Both the position numbers and the translations under genes were made by a program. A stretch of 64,000 nucleotides of DNA from NCBI GenBank assembly GCA_036508915.1, contig DATCGM010000044.1, positions 1,096 through 65,095 of the forward strand. Reading direction: 5' to 3'. This document shows positions 58,986 through 64,000 of the stretch, piece by piece (the first letter of the stretch is position 1; each line of letters begins with the position of its first letter). Under the pieces are notes generated by a model. It made no database searches. It was not told where the DNA came from and saw only the letters and a list, made by a program, of their open reading frames with translations. This DNA comes from Gemmatimonadaceae bacterium. GTDB taxonomy: Bacteria > Gemmatimonadota > Gemmatimonadetes > Gemmatimonadales > Gemmatimonadaceae.

Positions 58986-60269
58986 CTAGTCAAGCACCGG
59001 CGAATCCGCCGGAAGAAGAAGCCGCATCGTCGTTCCCTGGCCTGGCGCGCTCTCCACTTCCACCGCGCCATCGTGCGCGAGCAGCGTCTGTCGCACGATC
59101 GCCAGGCCCAATCCCGTTCCACCCGCCTTGTGTGTCACGTATGGCTCCCAGATTCTTTCCAGTCGCGACGCCGGAATTCCGGCGCCACTATCGTGCACCG
59201 TCACTTCGACCATCGGCCGGCCATTGCGATTCGTACGCTGAACGTGGAGCCCGATCGGTGAATCGGGCGAGCTCGCCTCCACCGCATTCAACAGCACGTT
59301 CGTCAACGCACGACCGAGCGCGTCCACATGTCCGGGCACCATAGGGACGTCGTCCGCCACGTCAACGATAAGCGGACGCTCGGCAGGCACGGCGCTGCGT
59401 GCCACACTTCGCGCTAACTCGCCAAGATCCACCGGTGCGCGCGGACCGTCGGGCAGACGACCGAACTGCGCGAAGCTCCGTGCCATCTCTTCCAGCCTTC
59501 TCGACTCCGCTTCCAGCACGTCGATCGTCTCGCCGAGCGACTCGGGTGCCTCGCGCCGCAGTCTCGCGATCGCGAAGCGAATCGGCGTGAGGGGATTCTT
59601 CAGCTCGTGCGCCACCTGCCGCGCCGATTCGCGCAACGCGGTTGCGCGCTCCGCCTCCAGCGCACGCACCCGTCCGAGCCGGAGCTCGGTCGACATCTCG
59701 CGCATCCGGTTGCGCAGCACCACGAACTCCGGCGCACCCTTGCGCGGAGGGCCGTCTGGCAGCGGCTCTCCGCGTTCGATCGTCGCCGTCCATCCAACCA
59801 ACTCGCTCAGGGGGCGACTGAGATTCCGGCTGAGATGGTCGGCCACCCGCGACGCCACGAGCGTGAACAGCACGCACGCCAGCAGCGCGACGCCACCGGC
59901 CACGACCGGGGCCTTCCGCGTCATGAGGAACTCCATCTGACGCGCGTGCAGCAGACCATCTTCCAGCGTGCGCTGATGTTCGTCGAGCGCACGGCGTTGT
60001 GCCGCATCCAGCGACGCGCTGCGTCCGGCCTTCAGCGCCCGCGCCCCAGTTTCCGCGATCTTTTCCATCGCCGGAATGGTTCCGAGAAGCGGCAATGCGC
60101 GCACCACCGTGAGCTCCCACGCCGCCGAAAGCACGATCGTCGGAATGAGCGCGAAGCCAAGAAGGATGAGAAAAAGACGGGCGCGAAAACCGACCTGCTT
60201 CACGAGTGCTCCGTACGAACGCGCGAGAGAGATGCTTCTCGATAACATACAGATAGCCCCGGAGACCAA
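58986..60269 (-). CDS. Membrane sensor histidine kinase (NtrY-like: two TM segments, HAMP, HisKA, HATPase)
   Basis: H-box ARQVAHELKNPLTPIRFAIARL, N-box LTNVLLNAVEA, G-boxes DSGAGIP and GTGLGLAIV. Start uncertain. Confidence 0.85.
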   Translation of the reverse strand: MVSGAICMLSRSISLARSYGALVKQVGFRARLFLILLGFALIPTIVLSAAWELTVVRALPLLGTIPAMEKIAETGARALKAGRSASLDAAQRRALDEHQRTLEDGLLHARQMEFLMTRKAPVVAGGVALLACVLFTLVASRVADHLSRNLSRPLSELVGWTATIERGEPLPDGPPRKGAPEFVVLRNRMREMSTELRLGRVRALEAERATALRESARQVAHELKNPLTPIRFAIARLRREAPESLGETIDVLEAESRRLEEMARSFAQFGRLPDGPRAPVDLGELARSVARSAVPAERPLIVDVADDVPMVPGHVDALGRALTNVLLNAVEASSPDSPIGLHVQRTNRNGRPMVEVTVHDSGAGIPASRLERIWEPYVTHKAGGTGLGLAIVRQTLLAHDGAVEVESAPGQGTTMRLLLPADSPVLD

Positions 60270-60788
60270 CCACCCTGCGGCACCTCCATTCGCACCGCCG
60301 CCAGCCGACGCCCCAAACGCGTGCTGCTCAAGGCCATGGGCGCCGCCCAGCGAAGAGCCCGCTGCGCCTTACGCATTGTCCAAGCCCACCGTAGATTGAT
60401 AGCTGGCCATTCAGGGAGGCGCGAGCTCGTAAGCCCGCGGCGCCAGGGATGACCAGTCACTGACGGTGACGGCGTGATCGGTGCCGCCCTGGAAGACTGC
60501 GCCTCCGCGCAGTGGGGCGAGCCGGTGTACGTGCGCACCGCGAACAACCGCTCCACGCGACCGCCGGCGCCGACCGATGTTGTTCGGGCGCACGACGCGA
60601 TGCGAGCACGGGCTGCGAACGAATGGAGAGCACGCCCGCTCACACGCCATGCGTCACAGGACGCAAGGGATAGAATGAATCCACGCTCCTCGCGGAACGC
60701 GCCGCCGCACTCCGCTGCCGCGCTCATCCACCGCGGACCCCAGGCGCTCAGCGCGCCACGCGCCAGCTCGGCCAACTACGCGCCCCAG

Positions 60789-62681
60789 ATGCACGCGCCG
60801 AACGCCGCCCTCCTCATCGACTTCGACAACGTCACGATGGGGATTCGCTCCGACCTCGGCAAGGAGTTGCGCACGCTGCTCGGCTCCGAGATCATCAAGG
60901 GCAAGGTCGCCGTCCAGCGCGCCTACGCCGACTGGCGCCGGTACCCCCAGTACATCGTCCCGCTCGCCGAGTCGTCGATCGACATGATCTTCGCGCCGGC
61001 CTACGGGTCGTCGAAAAAGAACGCGACCGACATCCGGCTCGCCGTCGACGCGATCGAGCTCGTCTTCACCCGCCCGGAGATCGGCACCTACATCCTACTC
61101 TCCGGCGACAGCGACTTCGCGAGTCTGGTCAACAAGCTCAAGGAGTACGGCAAGTACGTCATCGGCGTCGGCATTCGCGAGTCGTCGAGCGATCTGCTCG
61201 TCATGAACTGCGACGAGTACTACAGCTACAATGCGCTCGCCGGCCTCGTGAAGAACAATGACGACGAGCCGGCGAAGAAGTGGGATCCGTGGGAGCTCGT
61301 CACCGAGGCGGTCAGCCGCATGAAGCACAATGGCGACGTCATGCGCTCCGATCGCCTGAAACAGGTCATGCAGGAGATCGACAGCTCGTTCGACGAGAAG
61401 GATCTCGGCATGGCGAAGTTCTCGCGCTTCGTGCAGGATGCAGTGCAGCGCGGTCTCCTCTCTGCCACAAAGCTGGAGAATGGCCAGCTCGAGATCGGCC
61501 TGCCGAGCGGCGCGAAGGGCGACGCACGCGCGGCCGAGAATGCCGCGGCCGACGAAGCGGCGCGCACGGAAGCTCCAGCGATTGCCGCTGGCGACAAGTC
61601 GGCTGGCAGTCGCGGCCGTCGCGGTCGTCGTGGCCGTGGACGTGATCGTGACGATCGTCCGCGTACGGACCGGCCGGGCGAGCTTCCGCTCGACGGCGAG
61701 GCCGCAGCCGCGAGCAACGCGGTTACTGCAGCTCCGGACGCAGCAGCGGCGCCGAGTGCACCGGCGTCTGCACCGGTGGCACCGACGCCCGCGCCACACG
61801 TTCGTGCCGAGCGCCCGCCCCGTGGGCCGCGTCCAGAACGACCGGCGCGTCCCGAAGCCGCTGAGCCGATCGGTGCAACCGGTGAGCGACTCACACGCGA
61901 CGAGGCGTTTGATCTTCTTCGTCGCACGGTTGCCGAGCTCACCTCTGGTGATGTTGCGGTTCGCGCCGGCGTTGTGCGCGCCAAAGCCCGCGAGCTGCTC
62001 GGCCGTGACAGCGAGAGTCTCGCCGATCGCAACTTCCCGCGCATTCTCAAGGATGCGCACGATAACGACGTGATCGATCTCCGTCGTCGCGGCGACGACT
62101 TCGAAGTCGCCCGCGTGTCGGAGGCCGAATCGGTTGCAGAGCAATTGGCGAAGTCGGCGATCACCAACGCGCCGGCTCCCACCGCAACGGCGCCTGCACC
62201 CAGAGGAATGGGCCCGCGCGGCGGGGTCAGCTCGCGTGGTCGTGGCGGTCGCCCTGGGGCGCCACCGGCGGATTTTCTCAGCATCGGCGTTGTCGGACCG
62301 TCGTCGAGCGCCGCCATTGCGACGCCGACCATAACGCCGCCGGTGCCCGCATCGGCGGTGGCTCCTGTAGCAGCAACGGCACCGGCCGTCGCCGCACCTG
62401 CGGCACCGACGAGGTCCGCGCCTTCGGCGAAGAGCAGCGGTCGCAAGACTGCGGCAAAGAAGAGCGCCTCCGCAGCGAAGGCGCCCGCCGGGAAGGCTCC
62501 GGTTGCGAAGACGCCCGCTGAGAAGGCGCCCGCTGAGAAGGCACGCGCTGAGAAGGCGCCCGTCGCGAAGTCACCTGTCGCGAAAGCGAAGGGCAAGACA
62601 GCTCCTCCGCCTGCCACGAAGAAAGTGGCCGCAGCCACGAAACCACGGGCCAAAAAGACGGCGGCCCGCGACGACGCATGA
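60789..62681 (+). CDS. NYN (LabA-like) nuclease domain + two OST-HTH/LOTUS-like domains + RG-rich linker + Ala/Lys/Pro-rich histone-H1-like tail
   Basis: NYN: ALLIDFDNV...KKNATDIRLAVDAIEL...ILLSGDSDFASLVNKLKEYGKYVIGVG. LOTUS-like: VSRMKHNGDVMRSDRLKQVM... and LLRRTVAELTSGDVAVRAGVVRAKAREL.... Also GSRGRRGRRGRGRDRDDR and a tail of APxxK repeats. The start could also be the ATG at 60675. Confidence 0.8.
   Translation: MHAPNAALLIDFDNVTMGIRSDLGKELRTLLGSEIIKGKVAVQRAYADWRRYPQYIVPLAESSIDMIFAPAYGSSKKNATDIRLAVDAIELVFTRPEIGTYILLSGDSDFASLVNKLKEYGKYVIGVGIRESSSDLLVMNCDEYYSYNALAGLVKNNDDEPAKKWDPWELVTEAVSRMKHNGDVMRSDRLKQVMQEIDSSFDEKDLGMAKFSRFVQDAVQRGLLSATKLENGQLEIGLPSGAKGDARAAENAAADEAARTEAPAIAAGDKSAGSRGRRGRRGRGRDRDDRPRTDRPGELPLDGEAAAASNAVTAAPDAAAAPSAPASAPVAPTPAPHVRAERPPRGPRPERPARPEAAEPIGATGERLTRDEAFDLLRRTVAELTSGDVAVRAGVVRAKARELLGRDSESLADRNFPRILKDAHDNDVIDLRRRGDDFEVARVSEAESVAEQLAKSAITNAPAPTATAPAPRGMGPRGGVSSRGRGGRPGAPPADFLSIGVVGPSSSAAIATPTITPPVPASAVAPVAATAPAVAAPAAPTRSAPSAKSSGRKTAAKKSASAAKAPAGKAPVAKTPAEKAPAEKARAEKAPVAKSPVAKAKGKTAPPPATKKVAAATKPRAKKTAARDDA
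62481..62585 (+). repeat. Seven tandem 15-bp units inside the NYN gene, encoding APAGK APVAK TPAEK APAEK ARAEK APVAK SPVAK
   Basis: In-frame units of the form GCGCCCGCTGAGAAG and variants, read directly from the sequence. Confidence 0.8.
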
Positions 62682-63334
62682 CACGAGACGCCGCGCCCAC
62701 CGCGCGGCGTTCTCGTTTGGGTCCGCCGCTTCCAGCTCGGTTCTATGATCGACCTACCGAGCTGGTCGCGCGTGAGCTACTCGGCGCTGTCCTTCAGTGC
62801 ACGACGGCTGGCGGCGTGGCCCGCGCTCGGATCGTCGAGACGGAGGCGTACATCGGTCCTGACGATCCAGCGTGTCACGCGGCAGCCGGACTCACGCCGC
62901 GCACCGCGCATCTCTTCGGGCCGCCGGGATTGTCGTACGTGTACTTCATCTACGGCATGTACTGGTGCTTCAACGCCGTCACGCGCGAGCGCGGGCACGG
63001 CGCTGCGGTTCTGGTACGAGCCGTTCACCCGATAGACGGCATCGAGCTGATGCGTCGCCGTCGCCCGCGCGTACGACGCGACCGCGATCTCACGAATGGT
63101 CCGGGCAAACTCTGTCTGGCCATGGGCATCACGGGCGCGATGAATGGCACCTCGCTGCGCGATGGCCGGATCGTGCTTCGCGCCGGCGAGCCGGTGCCCG
63201 ACGACGAGGTCGTGATTACTCCGCGCATCGGGATCACTCGCGCCGCCGACTGGCCACTGCGCTTCTTCGTGCGCGACGATCCGTACGTATCGGCGACGCC
63301 GTCGCATTTCGCGCGCGTGCCGTATCGACCGTAG
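62678..63334 (+). CDS. mpg: DNA-3-methyladenine glycosylase (Mpg/AAG family)
   Basis: FYDRPTELVARELLG...RIVETEAYIGPDDPACHA...YFIYGMYWCFNAV...GPGKLCLAMGI. ATGA overlap with the NYN gene stop. Confidence 0.9.
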   Translation: MTRDAAPTARRSRLGPPLPARFYDRPTELVARELLGAVLQCTTAGGVARARIVETEAYIGPDDPACHAAAGLTPRTAHLFGPPGLSYVYFIYGMYWCFNAVTRERGHGAAVLVRAVHPIDGIELMRRRRPRVRRDRDLTNGPGKLCLAMGITGAMNGTSLRDGRIVLRAGEPVPDDEVVITPRIGITRAADWPLRFFVRDDPYVSATPSHFARVPYRP

Positions 63335-63360
63335 CCCGAGTACAACCGACGTTTCGACAA

Positions 63361-63392
63361 GAAGGGCCGCCCGAACTGACGGGCGGCCCTTC
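63361..63392. terminator. Hairpin between convergent genes (possible bidirectional terminator)
   Basis: GAAGGGCCGCCCG-AACTGA-CGGGCGGCCCTTC, a 13-bp perfect stem. The flanking U-tracts are weak on both strands. Confidence 0.5.
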
Positions 63393-63413
63393 GTCACTTC
63401 TCGTCGAGATGAC

Positions 63414-64000
63414 TTAGCGCGCGTGGTCGATCGAACTGCCCACGTTGTATCTCGCACCGAGCTCCAGGGACAGATTGACTGACCGCGAGCTGGTGCTGTT
63501 CGAGAGGAAGAAGGACTTCTGAATCGGCGATGCCGTCGCCTGCACGAAGAGCGACATCGGCTGGAAGCGTGCCTGAATGCCGGCGATGAAGATCGGCGAG
63601 AACGCGACCTTCTTGGCCTGAATGCTGTCCTGCGCACTGTTCGTCGTTCCGTTCAACAGCGCCGCGCCGCCAATCTGGTTGAACGCCAGTCCCGCCCCCG
63701 CGTAGGGGTGGAGGTTGCGCGTCTGTGCCGGAAAGACCATGCCCGCCATCGTGAATCGGCGCAGATTCTTCAGCGTGACGTTCCGCACGAAGCTGCTGTC
63801 CGAGTTGCGATCGCTGAATCCGCCCGTGGTCGTGAGGAAGGCCTGATCGAAACTCAGGTAGAGCCCACCATTCGTTCTGGTAATGAGCCACTCCGCTCCG
63901 ACGAGCGGCGCACTACCGCCCGTCGTTGACGCGGAGGAGTAGAGCAGTCCGCCACCTTTGACGCCCCAGAACCACGCATCCTTGAACTGTCGCGCGTCCT
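63414..64000 (-). CDS. Outer-membrane beta-barrel-like protein, C-terminal part (5' end lies outside the window)
   Basis: The frame of track ORF 63414..63788 stays open to the window edge (...DARQFKDAWFWGVKGGGLLYSSASTTGG...). It shows an alternating beta-strand pattern. Family unknown. Confidence 0.5.
   Translation of the reverse strand, partial: DARQFKDAWFWGVKGGGLLYSSASTTGGSAPLVGAEWLITRTNGGLYLSFDQAFLTTTGGFSDRNSDSSFVRNVTLKNLRRFTMAGMVFPAQTRNLHPYAGAGLAFNQIGGAALLNGTTNSAQDSIQAKKVAFSPIFIAGIQARFQPMSLFVQATASPIQKSFFLSNSTSSRSVNLSLELGARYNVGSSIDHAR

Noticed and set aside
60405-60500. Cobalamin-riboswitch-like fragments in the right order (AGGGAG, CCCGC, GUCACUG, GGAAG)
   Set aside because: Each block deviates from the consensus (AGGGAA, CCCGCnACUG, GCCACUG, GGGAAGGC) and the spacing of the last block is off. 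The downstream gene is an NYN-domain protein with no link to B12. This is probably chance in GC-rich DNA.

Overview
High-GC (~67-68% by eye) bacterial chromosomal segment with very tight gene packing. I count at least 18 gene junctions with 4-nt ATGA/GTGA stop-start overlaps. The gene content (TamB, cytochrome c-FTR1 fusion, PorX-like REC-PglZ regulator, lipid A genes, Omp85-type barrels) suggests a diderm of the Gemmatimonadota/FCB type. That lineage call is an inference I cannot verify here.

Most of the window is housekeeping:
- tsaD, lgt and rpe
- rsmB, fmt-def and yajC-tgt-queA
- ruvB, then yebC-ruvC-ruvA
- tyrS, PBP1A, acpS and mpg

Around these lie:
- Two two-component systems with enhancer-binding-protein (EBP) type regulators.
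- A methionine block: metY followed by a fused metX-hom gene.
- A ~10 kb envelope locus with two divergent operons. One carries a DnaB-C-like ATPase, a TPR/CsgG-like lipoprotein and an outer-membrane barrel. The other carries a PorX-like regulator, an MsbA-like exporter, a glycosyltransferase, an LpxL-like acyltransferase and an orphan OppC-like permease.
- One IS1380-family insertion sequence next to an HNH endonuclease gene.

I recognised no rRNA, tRNA or CRISPR array by eye.

Most interesting observations:
1. The metY leader holds a 33-codon ORF with the run M-C-R-M-C-M-C, just upstream of a strong intrinsic terminator. This looks like a Met/Cys-sensing attenuator.
2. A RecA-fold DnaB C-terminal-only ATPase appears translationally coupled to envelope proteins.
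3. One two-component system is atypical in three ways. The hybrid kinase has an Asn at the receiver phospho-acceptor position. Its partner EBP lacks the GAFTGA loop. A 61-aa four-CxxC zinc-ribbon ORF overlaps the EBP stop codon.
4. There are several unusual fusions: MetX-Hom, dihaem cytochrome c-FTR1, bactofilin-like repeats on an Omp85-type barrel, and NYN-LOTUS with an RGG stretch and an H1-like tail.
5. There are large imperfect palindromes in intergenic regions, and the IS appears to have a left end split by a ~260 bp MITE-like insert.

All product calls rest on motif and domain recognition by eye. No database search was run. Start codons are often uncertain because GTG/TTG starts are common here.
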